Source: the human T2T-CHM13v2.0 reference genome, Homo sapiens. From it: a stretch of 64,000 bases of DNA. The position numbers were made by a program, and so were the translations under genes. Below are positions 39,938 through 55,127 of the stretch, in pieces. The stretch is taken from the NCBI RefSeq assembly GCF_009914755.1, contig NC_060935.1; one strand, written 5' to 3'. Numbering within the stretch: the stretch's first letter is position 1; each line of letters begins with the position of its first letter. Under the pieces are notes generated by a model. That model was not told the origin of the DNA. It searched no databases and was given only the letters and a program-made list of their open reading frames with translations.

Positions 39938-42900
39938 GAATTAACCTGGCCAACAGAATCAGAATACACCAACCATTCCTAGTTACAGCCTCCCTGGGCC
40001 TCTGTGTCCTCATCTACAAAATGCGAAGAATAACACCTTTTAGGGCTACCATGAGGATTAAAGCAAATAATGTGTAAAAAGTTTTGGTCACAGAAAAGTG
40101 CCTCACTGGTTGTGAAATTCCCTCCAGGCCCTTAAGTGATATTTGACGTGCTCTGATTGAATCCTCTTCCATACCAGCACCTCACCCTGCCAACTCTGCC
40201 ACCTTTCCCTCTGCCCAGCCTGGGAGATAGCCAAGGCGTCAGGGAGACCCTCAGCTCTCTCTCCTCCCTCTGCCACATTCCTATCAGGCTCAGTACCAAG
40301 AAACCCTTTCTATGCAAGCCCCTGCAGGTAAATGATCAGCCATAGAAATCAGTTCCAAAGGCCTCAGAGAAATCAGGAGATACCAAAGGAAAATAAGGCA
40401 GTAGGCCAAAAAGAAAAGTGAATACCTTCTTCACTTTTCCTCTTTCCTACTATCTCTGGATGGACTTAAGGAAGGGGCTGGGTCGGGGCGGGCAGAGTGG
40501 GGGGCAGGCAGGAAACAATTCCTGCAGGTTCAGCAAAAGTCCCTGGCAGTTTTAAACATGTCCTCTGGCTCTACTCAACCAGAAACAACCAGCACCCATG
40601 GGTCATTCACAGAGATCCCAGCTCTCTCAGTTCCTGTGGCTCTCCTTGCTGGCAGAGTCATTGTGAAGAGCCACTGAGCATACAGTAGGCACTAGATAAA
40701 TGGTGGTTACGTGAGTATAGAAATGAGCCAGGGACACTGTTTCCTTTCTTGTCTCTGGGCAACCTCCTGACACTAGATTGCAGACCATAAAAACTGCCCC
40801 AGCTGCAATGGTCTCAAATGGTTCCACTTGACATGCTTGCAAACATCAACACTCTGTCATACCCACAACCTCAGTTAAAGTTTAAAAGCCCTGCACAAGG
40901 ACCTTTGGCAAGCCCTGTATATAAATGATCAGCCACAGAAATAAATCCCAAAGCCCTCAGAGAAATCAGGAGAGACCAAAGGAAAATAAGGCAATAGGCC
41001 AAAGAGAAAAGTGAAAGCCATCTCCATTTTCCCTCTTGCCTACTGTGTCTGGGTAGATTTAAGGAAGGGGGAGGAAACAAGGAGGTGCAAGGTGTTAGTA
41101 TCAGATAATTATCTATGGCAGATAATTAAGTCCATGAGTAATTATGGTAAACTGTGGGGAACACAAGCTTAAGCATAAAGTAGATGTTTCCTCAAAGTCC
41201 TCTTCAACTGGGGACGATACACACATCAGTTTTATCAGCTTGAATTCACGGTCTTTCCCTATGGCCCCTACACCTGCCCCTAGAAGCACCAAGCACACAG
41301 GCCTGGAAGTCAGTCTTTCTCTGTCAGTAGGGTCAAGGCCACCAGATGACAGGACTTCTGTGCACTGCGCAAAGCTGCGAGGAGGGCCAAGGTGTGGCAA
41401 GCAAGGTGGCCCTCAGCAGATGCCCCTTAGGAGGCCCTGGTGTCTGAGTGGAAGTGAGGGCTACCCGGAGTTGCAGTTCCAGGGGTCAGTTTTTAACTAG
41501 GTCCCCCAGAGACACTAATCACCCACTCTCTTCATCCCTTCTATTTTACAGCAGGAGTGCTGCCAGGCAGCAGTGGGGGCCACCTGCTTTCTCCTTGTTT
41601 GGAGGCCAACCCTCACCTGCTGCAGGGGAGCTCTCACTGGTGCCAACCTATGTCCAGCCCCACCCCTGCGGACATAGGTGGGGGCTGGAGTCTGAGTGAA
41701 CACCAACCAGCATATTCCACCTTCCTCCCGTACAGCCTCAGAGGGCCCGGTCACAGCCCTGCTGGGACCCCTCCCTGGATCCTCTGAGAGGCCCATTCTG
41801 CAGGATCCTCTCTTCCAGTGTCCTAGAACACGACAGGCTCTCCTGGTTCTGCCTGTGCTATCCCTCTCCCAAAAACATCCAGACTCCCTTCTGTCAACCA
41901 ACAAATCCCTGCTTGTTTCTCAAGATCCAGCTCGGGCTCTCCAACCCCAAGCCTCCCCTGGCCAGCCCTCCTCTGTGCCCCACCAGGCCCCATGCTTCCC
42001 TTCTCAAAGCATTTGCACAGTATCCTCTGGTCGTTGACATGGCTGTGTCCCCACCAGAGCACAGGCTCCTGGGCTCCTTGAGGACACCAGTGTTGCTTTG
42101 ATTCATTAACTGAGTGCCTACTATGTACAAGATGTATTCTACAGCAGTGAACACAACAGACAAAATGCCTGTCATGGAGCTAATATTCCAGTGGCAATAA
42201 ATATCCTACACACAGTAGTACTTTCTATATTCAAGACTATTCTGAGTACTTCCTATTAACTCATTTAATCCCTGCCACAATTATTACCATCCCCATTTTT
42301 CAGATGAGGAAACAGGCTCCAGAGTACACAACCTGCTCAGGATCACACCACAAGCTAGTCAGTGGCAGGGCTGGGATTCAAGCCGAGGCAACCACATAGC
42401 AGACCATGCTCCTGAGCACTGGGCCACTCTGGCTTTCAATGCTCTTTTCTCTACTCTGCTTCACTCTTGTTGGTATCTACTGTGCCCAGGCCAGTGCTTG
42501 GCACACATCCAGTGCTCAGTGAATGTCTGCTAAATGAAGGGACCCCTGAACAATGAGTGCCGGTCCCCTGCCTACAACACCCACACTGTCTCTCGTCCCC
42601 GCCCAATCCCAGTTCACAAGACCCCTGCACACACACCAAGTCTTCTGAGACTCATCCAGCCCCTGAACTGCTCCCTCCTGAGTGTTACTCTCCATGCAGC
42701 ACCTGCACTATTATCCTGACAGTTAGTCACATGCCACCTGACCATCCTATCGCCTGAAGCATCTGGACATTTGCTTTGCCGGCTCCCTGATATCCCCCAG
42801 AGTATAACAAATATGATGTCAGGTAAATGGACTTAAAATTCAAAACTGAATCTGACCTCCCCTCTCCAGTCCTCCATCATCACTGGAGCTTTTTCTTCCT

Positions 42901-43818
42901 CTGCCCAGAGGAAGCAAGGCATGTCTCGAATCAAAAATAACCTTTGCTACAACTATATCCAGATTGCCTAAACCTATAAGCTATAACAGCCAAGGTCGTA
43001 ATTAGGATGCAGGTGTGGTTAAAAACCACACGTAAAATTGGACATTTTAAAACCTTAGTTAAACCTATCAGGATGTTCATTGCCCTCCCTTAGAAAATGC
43101 CCAAAACTGAGAATCTGAGCTAACTGGACAGTATACACAGGTACGCTCTGTGTATATCAGAGTCCCTGCAGAAGTCAAGAAATTACCTAAATACATTTGG
43201 CCCACCATAGCCATTATAGAGAAAAGACAAAATATCTGTTGTTCATGGAAATAAATTATAAAATCTGTTGAACCATACTATGTTCTGGAGACTAAGTAGT
43301 TTACGTGTATTATTCTCATTTAATCTCTGCAAAAGACCTAAGGGGCAGATACCGGCATTTACCTCATTTTACAGAGGTTACATAACCTGGCAGAGTTCCA
43401 CAGCCATGAAGTCTGGCTCCAAGCCTGTGTGCTCACCCATGACCCCATAGCTGCCCTATTTCAAGTCAGGAGTGAGAACAGCTGAACTGTGAGGGAGGCC
43501 AAGTCTGGTCAAAGGCCCTCAACATGGAGACAGTAGACTCTCAGGGGGGTGGTCCCTCCACCTATCCCATCTGAGAACCACACAGCAGGCAGGCAGGACT
43601 TCTCAGTGGAAAAGACCTATAACGTAGCCCCTGACAGCCTTGGGAATACAGGCCTGAGGTCACACCCAGTTCCAGAAAGGTTTCAGGTACACAGGGATGG
43701 GAGAGCCGGGAAATGCTTATAACCTGCAGGAAGGAAGTCAACAGCTTACGGTCCTCAGCCAGGACTGAGTTTCCTGTGCTGCAGAATGCTTCACATAACT
43801 TAAAAGCTGAATCTCAGA

Positions 43819-44120
<302 letters not shown>

Positions 44121-47065
44121 TCAGAGTGGTTCTCTACCCTGTGGGTATCAGCTTCAAGTTCAGCCAGGTCCCAGCCTGGAGCTACCAGGCCCAAGCAAGC
44201 CCTTTTTCTGCCTCACACAGCATGGACTGATTTGTGGACACATCAGGACTGAGTGGAGTCCCCTGCCCCAAGGCTGTGCTTCTGGGCCAAGGTCATTTCT
44301 GTATTCACCCCAGGTCACCACTGCTCCCATCACCACCCCTCTAACAATACCCCTGAGGTGCCTATAGGGACTTCAGAGAGAAAAGCCTCCAATCTTCTCT
44401 CTGCTCCACCCCATAGTCTACCTCCTCCTCCTCCCATCAGAAATGTCCATGGACAAGGAGCTGAGCAATGACCCCAGAGTCTTCAGGAAAGCACTAGAGT
44501 GAGGTTTTCATGCTGAGTCTCAAAATGCCAAACCCTTCCACTGTGAAGAAGAGCCCATTTTCCCAATATTCTCTTAACTTTGTCTGAGTGGGGCTAGGGT
44601 GGGGGTTCCATCTCTAGAGGGAGTCAAGTCCAAAACAAAGACCGGCAATCTGTCTCCTCTCTCAGACCCCAGAAACAGGAGGGAGAATGGAGCTAACCAG
44701 ACAGTGACTTCCTTCACTCACCTGGCACTCGATGGGCAGGAGGCAAGATAGCAAGACCCCAAAGCCTGCCTCAGCTAGCCTCTGAGCTCCAGGTCTCTGA
44801 GCCCCAGCACAGCCTATACCCTCCCTCAGGGGCTCTCTGCAACACCTGGGGGCTTCTCTACAGGTGCATGTGCTGGGGGGAGAGGTGGCAATTCCTACTA
44901 AACCCAAAAGGGGTTGCTGACTCGACAGAAGGCCGCATGCAGTTTGCTTCCAGTGAGTCCCAGACTAACAGCCCTGGCTACACCCTCTCTTCCCTCACCA
45001 TGCCCATGGACTCTGACCTGTGCGAAGCTCGAGTGTCTTCCTGAAATAAACTGGAGCAGTCTCCACGGCACAGCCTGTCACAGAACATGGTGGAGACAGG
45101 CCAAGCTGGACAGAGAGAGACTATGAGAACCCCAGATAGGGAACGCTGGGTGACCCCAGCTCTGCCGCCTTACACCTGTGCATCCAATTACTGGACTCAA
45201 CCTCCCTGAGCCTCAGTTTCCCCATCTGTAAAATGAGGATGATAACCGTACCTACCTTATAAGGTTGGCATGAGGATTAAAGGAGGCTGTGTCTGTGAAG
45301 CCCTTAGAACAGTGTACGTGTGAACAGTGTCAGTACCAGATAAACATTTGTAAAATAAACAAATAAGTAGAAGCCATTGGCTTCTCAGTGTGAGAGCCTC
45401 ACAGCCCCACCCCTCAGCTCACTAGCACCCTTGAACTGAGCAAAACCCAACACGAACCTTCAGGAAAAAAACAAACAAACAAACTCTCAAACCTTTCCAC
45501 TGACTCAAGGAGGCAATCAGCACCAACCAAGACCTCCCTCCCCAAGGAGCAACCTGGAAAGGCCTGGCAAGATTACCCCACAATTCTTACATCGTATGTC
45601 ACTAGGCTCCTCAGACACATGCGGCTTTTGGAATAAAGAGTGTACTTGGGGTTCTAATTTAAATATCTATGTATTCACAGAACAGGAAGCCAATTACTTT
45701 CCTTTCCCCAAAAGAATTAATATCCCCTCTGAATTTTCAAAACCATCCAGTGCCAAACACACAAACACGTCTACACATTTTCAGGTGAGAAGGGCTGGAA
45801 AAGTTGAAGCAAAAACCGACTGAGCTCTCTTCAGCTCCCATCTACACACCAAAGCTAAAAAAAATAATTATTCAAAACCTCCATAAGTGGATATAATTTC
45901 AAGTACCACCAATTACATCTAGAAATGCATTAAGGGGTACAGTTATTATAGATATTTAGCTTCATAGCATTCAACCATATTTTTTTAAATCCCCAGGTCA
46001 AAATGTGTTGAAAAAAAAAATCTTGCCAAACACTTTCTTTGGTGGGTAGGAAATCATTTCTCTTCCCTGGGACTCTGACCACTGACTTATCCCCCTCCTC
46101 CCAGCCTCACCATACAATCCCCCACTCACTCCCAACTCCAACCAGCCCTCTATCCTCGTATATCTGCAATTTCAGGAGGGTAATGGCAAATGTCAAATCA
46201 ACCAACACACACCTATTTGGCTGAGCACTGTCTCTGTGCCTGACACTGTCCCCAGGGAGTTGGGGAGCTCTTCATGGCAACTGAGTCACAATCCTGGCCC
46301 TGCCCCATTCCCCCAGGACCAGCTCAGGGACAACTGCAATGTCAGACATCTCTATGACTTGCTCATCACTGCCACTGTCTGCCGGGACACATGTATTCTC
46401 CCACACAGAGGAAGCCTTCCCACTTCTCAGCTTAATTGCCTTCTGCTTGCCTTCTCTGGCTATTAATGTCAATCACTCAGAACAACTTGTCACCCCAGGC
46501 CCTCCTCTGCCTGCAGGATCTCTAAGTGGTCACGGGGTTCCAAGATGTGGAGCTGCACACCTACCCCCAGGCAGACATAGGCCTCATTCAGTGGTCACTC
46601 ACAAGCTCAGTCCCACCATTTCTAACTGGGACTGACAGCATCATCTCAGCAGAGGTGAAGGCAGCACATTCCCAACCCACACTGAGAAAACCAGAGGCTC
46701 CCCAGGAACCTGGCTTCCCAGGCTCCCTCCTGGGTAACGGGGTGTACATTCAGACAGCTGTACCCCACTGATACTCTCTCAAAGCCTTTTGCACAGCTTA
46801 ACCCAATGACTTTAGACAGATGTTCTTCTACAAGGAAAGAGACTCACAATGCCTGAGCACCTATCATGTGCTGAATAGCATGGTAGGAGCTTCAGACAGG
46901 CTATCGCATTTCATTCTTAAATAACACTAGGGAGAAAAATATATCATTATTCTAGAGACAGAGAAGCTGAAGCTCAGAGATGCTTCTACTTTCAGTGTCC
47001 ATAAGAATCACCTGTGGAGCTTGTGATAAATGCTGACTCCCAGCCCCACCCCACAGAAGCTCTAA

Positions 47066-47549
<484 letters not shown>

Positions 47550-48824
47550 GACACTCCTCAAGAAACCTGTTCATCTTCTCTCTGGTTGGACACAGCCACA
47601 CAGGGCTTCTGAGATGAGAAATAGTTTCTTTGACATTTGGCACCAATCACTTACTGCCCAGCTTCCTTTTAAAGACAAGTCTCAACAAGGAAGCACAATT
47701 CTTTCTCCCTCTGGCTAGCCTGACCTTAGGAGATCTCCCCAAAGAGAACCAACCACAGCTCCTCTGCCAACCAGGCCACATTTCACCTTAGGAAGGGGCT
47801 TCCTTCATAGGAGTAGTAGTGATAATGGCTAATTCCTATATAGCATGTACAATTTGCCAGATACCGTTCTAAGTTGATAGGTACAGTCATTGTCCCCATC
47901 TTACAGATGAAGAAACATCTAAAGACACAGAGAGGTTCAAGTGACCTGCCAAAGCTAAAAGCAGAGTGAGGATTTCAACCCAGGCACTCTGATCCCAGAA
48001 TCCATGTTTTGTAAACACCATGTGGCACCACCCTATAGACAAAGGAATTCAGGGAGCCCTCTAGGGCATAGCTCCCATACACCACACTCCTGCAGCCAAG
48101 CTACTAGTGAAGGATTTTATCTAAGGTCTGTCCCTACTCCTCAACTCAGCACTAACCTCTCTGAGACCCAAACAGGCACACAGGTACCATGGCCCTCACC
48201 CCTAATCCCCAGCTCCTTCACATTTTCTGCATTGGTCTCTCCTGCCTTGGGCTGCTCACTGCTCTGCTCCATGGCTGCCTGGCCTTCCTTGGTCACCCTC
48301 CGAAGCTCCCCAGCCCCAGGCACCCATATTGGAACTGTCCAGCATTCCTCTCCTGTCTTGGACTGGGCACTGCTGGAGGGCAGAAACAGTGAGCTTCATT
48401 TCTCTCCCCAGCACCGAGTGTCTGGCATAGAGTAGCTGCTTAATTGGAGTCTGGTGACTGAACAGATAATTCCTTGATCAAAAGCCAACCAGCCTCCAAT
48501 TAAACTGCTCCTCCAATAAGCTGCCCACCACCCCTCAAGATGGCCAACTCATTCCATCTGTGGACAGGCACAGACAGCTCAATTTGCAAGTGGAGAAGAT
48601 ATGATTGTTGCAAAGGTGAGTGAACGAACCTAAACCATTGCTCTGGCTCCCCTCTTCCGAGACGAGGACAAGCTCATCTCCCGCCTCACCCAGCGGGAGA
48701 GAACACAGGAAGCTGTGCAGCCAGTGGCCTTGGTACAGGGCTGGAATGGGATCTCTGGCCCCTCCATCCCCCAAGCATGCTGCTCCCCTTCCCTGCACCA
48801 TAGAGTGTGATGTAGGAAGTCACG

Positions 48825-49025
48825 AGAGGTAGCCAGCAGCCCCAGGAAGAGACTGCACACTAACTCCAAGCTACAAGAGGTAGCCAGCAGCCCCAGGAAG
48901 AGACTGCACACTAACTCCAAGCTACAAGAGGTAGCCAGCAGCCCCAGGAAGAGACTGCACACTAACTCCAAGCTACAAGAGGTAGCCAGCAGCCCCAGGA
49001 AGAGACTGCACACTAACTCCAAGCT
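48825..49025. repeat. Perfect 51-bp minisatellite, ~3.9 copies
   Basis: Unit agaggtagccagcagccccaggaagagactgcacactaactccaagctaca starts at 48825, 48876, 48927 and 48978. Confidence 0.97.
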
Positions 49026-49423
49026 GTGAGACCTCAAGAGGGCGAGGCTCTGTCTTGGCAAAAAAGCCCCTGAGAAACCCTGAGAAAATTGGCTGTGATA
49101 TTGGAAATGCTCTTCTGGCAGGACCTGAAAGAGACAGCCTGGCTCTAAGCAGGCTTAAGAAGCTCATAGGCCCCTAAGCTAAGGTCAGCTGACATCTGTG
49201 GCGGGAGAGGGTGCCTCTCCAGCTTGAGGAGGTCCACTTCCCAGAGCACCAGCGACTGGCTCACAGTTCTGTGTGGGGACTATGCACCATCCATCACTCT
49301 TCTACCCTGCCTTTCTGAGGGAGGCCCAAGGGGGCTTCTGCCTCACAGTCATCAGGGAAGGTGCAGGCAGAGAACTGCTTCTGAGGGATAACCCTAGAGG
49401 GAGGAATCAGTAGAGAGGGAGTT

Positions 49424-49588
49424 AGCTGGGCATGGCAGTGCACGCCTGTAGTCGCAGCTACTCAGGAGGCTGAGGCGGGGGCATTGCTTGAGCCCAGGAG
49501 TTTGAAGTTACAGTGAGCTGAGATGGTACCACTGCACCCCAGCCTGGGCAACAGAACAAAACCTCAACACTTAAAGAAAAAAAAAAAA
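49424..49588 (+). mobile_element. Alu monomer (FRAM/FAM-like)
   Basis: Single monomer plus A tail. Confidence 0.8.
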
Positions 49589-50149
49589 GGAACAGAAAGA
49601 GTGATGATGAGAGCCACAAGGCACCATGTACCACGTAGAAACTGCATAGAATTTGGAGCCAAGAAGACTTCGGTTCAAGTCTTAAACCCCTCGGTGATGC
49701 TGGGGCCTTGGGAAGATCTATTAACCACCACTCCCTGCCCCCATCAGCCTCAAATGCCTGATCTGTAAAATGAGGACAATCAAAATATCTGCCTCTACAA
49801 CAAATGCATTTTTCAACTAGAAAGCACCACGAAGATTATTATTGTTGACACCTGTGACGTGAGACGTGCCAGACAATGCATTTGTCCTTTAGTGGTCAGA
49901 GCCGATAACCAGGTGGCTGCACAGATTAAGAAGCAGACATCTGTGCAGACTTCTAACTGCCCAGTAAAGAGGTAAACCAGGGGCCACTCCTAACTCAGAC
50001 TCACCCACTGTTAATATTTTGTCCCATTTGCTCTGTCATCCACTCCTTCCCCCCAACACAATTTTCCCCCACACCACTTAACTACTTAAGAGCAAATAAC
50101 CTCAGTGTGTATTTCCAAGAATAAGGACATCCTTTAAGTACCAGAATAG

Positions 50150-50492
<343 letters not shown>

Positions 50493-51527
50493 TGAGTTGA
50501 GTTCTACAGTTTGCATGCCCCTGACTCCGGCAATCCTAGTTCAAGGGCACCAGACTTCTGCAGCCAATGAATGCAATTAGGACTCAGAAGTCATGTCTTC
50601 ACCCTGCCCCATAGCTGTGTGGATGTACAGAAGAGGAGCTCACATTTATTGGGCATTTACAATGTGCCAGTAAACGTGGCACTACTACTTGCTAAACCCT
50701 TTCCATCCATCAATTAACTCACATAATCCTCACATTTAACCCCATTTTACTGGTGAGGAAGTGAGGCTTAAAGAGAGCAGGTAACCTGCCAAGGTCAGGG
50801 AGCTGTATGTGGTGGAGGTGAATTAGAGTCTAGGTAGTCTGACTCCAAAGTCCACACACTTGGATACCGTCTCTTTACACATGCTGTCACCCACATCAAA
50901 AGCCCTTTTCATACATTTTTCTGCATGATGAAGTTGCCTAGCTGTGCTTTGGGCTTCAACAAAAACCAACCCTGCTGCCCAGGCCAGTATCCTGAAGAGG
51001 GCTGGATGAGACAGAGAAGTGATCCGGCACAACTCACAACTCAGTACAAGCAAAAGACAATCCAAGGTTACCACAACTGCTGATACTTTCCTTAAGTCCT
51101 CCTGTACATCCTGTTTGGAGATGTAGGGCCCAGAGAGGCTGAAAAGCCAACAAGGAGTCTCTCCGCACTCCTCTGTCACCTAAGACTGAACAGGGGGAAC
51201 TCGCATTCCTCTGCCGGTACACATTTCTATTTAGAACACAAAGCAATAAACATGATGCATCTGGCCGAAGAATTGATTTGAAAGGAAGATATGAGAAAGG
51301 ATTACATAATAAATTAAATTGAGGGTAAAATCTCAATTAATTTTAGTCTGTCAATGAATTTTTGGACAGAACCAACATTTAATGGCACTTCCTGCATCCA
51401 GTCTCCTAGGTGAGTTGGCCTTCATTCTGTTCTGCCATTAGACCTATGGCTGAAATGTCTGAGAAGCCTGGATATGAGGAACAATATGTCCAGGCCTCTC
51501 CCTTGAACTTTGAAGAAGCTGAGCTAA

Positions 51528-51871
<344 letters not shown>

Positions 51872-52413
51872 TAGAGAAGTCACTTTACCCCTCTGAGCCC
51901 AAATTCCCGCACTAAAAAAATGCAATAATTATGGGACAAACCAGAGAATGTTCGTGAAATACTCTGTAAATGATAAAACATTAACTCAAAATATTTCTCA
52001 TTTCAGAAAATTGAAAAGCAAATGTTTTGACAGCCATTTAAAAACAACAGGCAAATACAACCATATTCCTCCGTGTTTTTCCCTCTGCCAATATTTACTT
52101 AAGATACCTGCCAGTTTGCTGAGATGATGCTGTCTTACACTGAGCAAAGAGATTCAAACCTGTGCTGTCCTCTGAAGATAGAAAACAAGAGCAGGTACCT
52201 CACTGAATTGCCAAATATTCCACATATTGAGGCTGAAAAGCCAACAAGCAGTCTTCCCACAGCCCTCTGTCACCTCAGACTTAACAGGGGGGTAAACTGG
52301 CATCTCCCTGCCCCTGCACACGTTTCTGTTTAAAGTGCTGTCTTAATTTTTTTCCAAAGTTCTCAATTTAGGAAGCACCAAATTTACTCCCATAGACATC
52401 AAAAGAGAATGGA

Positions 52414-52810
<397 letters not shown>

Positions 52811-53254
52811 CTATCTCTAAAACACACTCCTCTCATGGGTAAAGAGCCTTAAAAAGCAACTTGCAACCATTTTTCTTAAAGACGTTTCCTTAAAGAAGTT
52901 TCTTTTTGGAGATGTGGTATAAATCATGGCTCCTAATCCTTCCTTTCACTTTCTAAACAACACTCACTGTTTTTCCTTTCCCACAGAACCTAACGTTTAA
53001 ATCCATGAACCAGTTTTTACCCTTGAAAATGCAACCAGGAAGTGAAACATAAAGCATGGGATTCTGCCAAAACTTGCCAAGCTGGGAAAACCTTTCTTAA
53101 CCTTCAATGAGGGGGTTCAGAATTTCTATTTTAGTATATATGTAAGCTGCTAGTTTCCCAGAAATTCTTTGTGAGACTATTACCCCCAGGTTTGAAATAA
53201 AGTTTCTGGGACTGCTGTTCCCAGCAACATCTCAATAAGAAGGATGACAAATAA

Positions 53255-53808
53255 GGCTGGGCATGGTGGCTTATGCCTGTAATCCCAGCACTTTAGGAAG
53301 CCAAGGAGGGTGGACAGCCTGAGGTCAGGAGTTCAAGACCAGCCTGACCAACATGTGAAACCCCGTCTCTACTAAATTACCCGGGCATGGTGGTGGGCGC
53401 CTGTAACACCAGCTACAAGGGAAACGGAGGTTGCAGTGAGCCGAGATCACACCACTGCACTCCAGCCTGGGCAACAAGAATGAAACTCCATCTAAAAAAA
53501 AAAAAAAAACGTCCAGGCACGGTGGCTCACACCTGTAATCCTAGCACTCTGGGAGGCCAAGGCAGGCGGATTGCCTGAGGTTAGGAGTTCAAGGCCAGCT
53601 TGGCTAACATGGTGAAACCCCGTCTGTACTAAAAATACAAAAAATAGCCAGGCATGGTGGCGCATGCCTGTAGTCCCAGCTACTCAGAAGGCTGAGGTGG
53701 AAGAATCGCTTGAACCCGGGAAGCAGAGGTGCAGTGAGCCGAGATGCCGCCACTGCACTCCAGCCTGGGTGACACAGCAAGACTCAGTCTCAAAAAAAAA
53801 AAAAAAAA
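53255..53808 (+). mobile_element. Two tandem Alus (53255-53509, internally deleted; 53511-53808)
   Basis: Degenerate outer TSD aagaaggatgacaaataa / aagaagatgatatataa flanks the pair. Confidence 0.88.
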
Positions 53809-54495
53809 GAAGATGATATATAAGTGAATCAATAGGTTTGACATTCTACAAGATAAATTTCACTACCATGAAGTTCAACATTTATCTAGGGAGGAAAATA
53901 TAGAAGACAGGACAGACTCCTTCCTAGGGGTGGCCCAGAAGACTGTTGGTTGGGTGAGGTCATAATTAAGGGCAGCCTCCTGGGCTGTCCAGTATTCACT
54001 GGCTTTCCTAAGGGCCTTCTAGGCCTGGTGTCTACAAAATCCCCAACTGAACATCTGTCACATTTGGTTCATCCTTCACTCTCCAACTCCCTTTGATTTC
54101 AGACTAAAAAATGGGTTGCTGAATACAAAACACACACCCTTGATACTTGGCATTATCTCCAGAGGTAACCTTCTGAAGGACTCATGCCTGGTCCCCACTC
54201 CCTGCCTCGGAGGACCAGGTTCTTAACTGCCCACTCCCAGCCTCCTGGAGCCCTAAGCCCTGCCTGGGCTCCCTGCTCCTCCCTGCTGCCCAGGGGGGCA
54301 TGGATACAGGTGCTTGTGCTCTATGGTGTCTTGGAGTGGGGCATGGTGGTGGCAACTCCTAGCGTATGAGGTAAATGCACTGATATTCACATTTAAAACA
54401 TTATATTCTACAATATAGAAATAACTATAAAATTTATGTTAATAATTTAAACTTAATTTTTCTTTATGTAGAATTACATTAAATAGAAAAAAAAA

Positions 54496-54654
<159 letters not shown>

Positions 54655-54740
54655 TAGCAATTTTATTTTTTTTTAAATGACAAGTCAAGGGAAAAACTAC
54701 AGAAGAACAAAATTTTATATTTTAGTATCTCTAAAGATGC

Positions 54741-55039
54741 TTTTTTTTTTTTTTTTGAGACAGAGTCTCGTTCTGTCGCCCAGGCTGGAGTGCAGTGGCG
54801 TGAGCTCAGTTCACGGCAACCTCCGCTTCCCAAGCTCAAGTGATCCTCCCACCTCAGCCTCCCTAATAGCTGGGACTATAGCCATGCACCATCACACCCG
54901 GCTAAGTTTTGTATTTTTTGTAAAGATAGGGTTTTACCATGTTGCCCAGGCTAGTCTCAAATTCCTGAGCCCAAGCAATCCTCCTGCTTTGGCCATTCAA
55001 AGTGCTGGGATTACTGGGTGTGAACCACCAGGCCCGGCC
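54741..55039 (-). mobile_element. Alu (AluJ-like)
   Basis: Reverse dimer; TSD taaagat. Confidence 0.88.
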
Positions 55040-55047
55040 TAAAGATA

Positions 55048-55127
55048 TTCAGTTGGTGCAAAAGTAATTGCAGTTTTTACCATTAAAAGTAATAGCACTA
55101 ACCGCAATTACATTTGCACCAAGCTAA
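55048..55127. mobile_element. MADE1 (Hsmar1-derived MITE), 80 bp
   Basis: ttcagttggtgcaaaagtaattgc...gcaattacatttgcaccaagctaa terminal inverted repeats with a TA target duplication. Confidence 0.92.

Noticed and set aside
48630-49061. 143-aa ORF with repeated CSLELVCSLFLGLLATS; array superficially CRISPR-like
   Set aside because: The ORF is a by-product of a 51-bp (17-codon) tandem repeat. The units abut with no unique spacers, and the DNA is primate intron.
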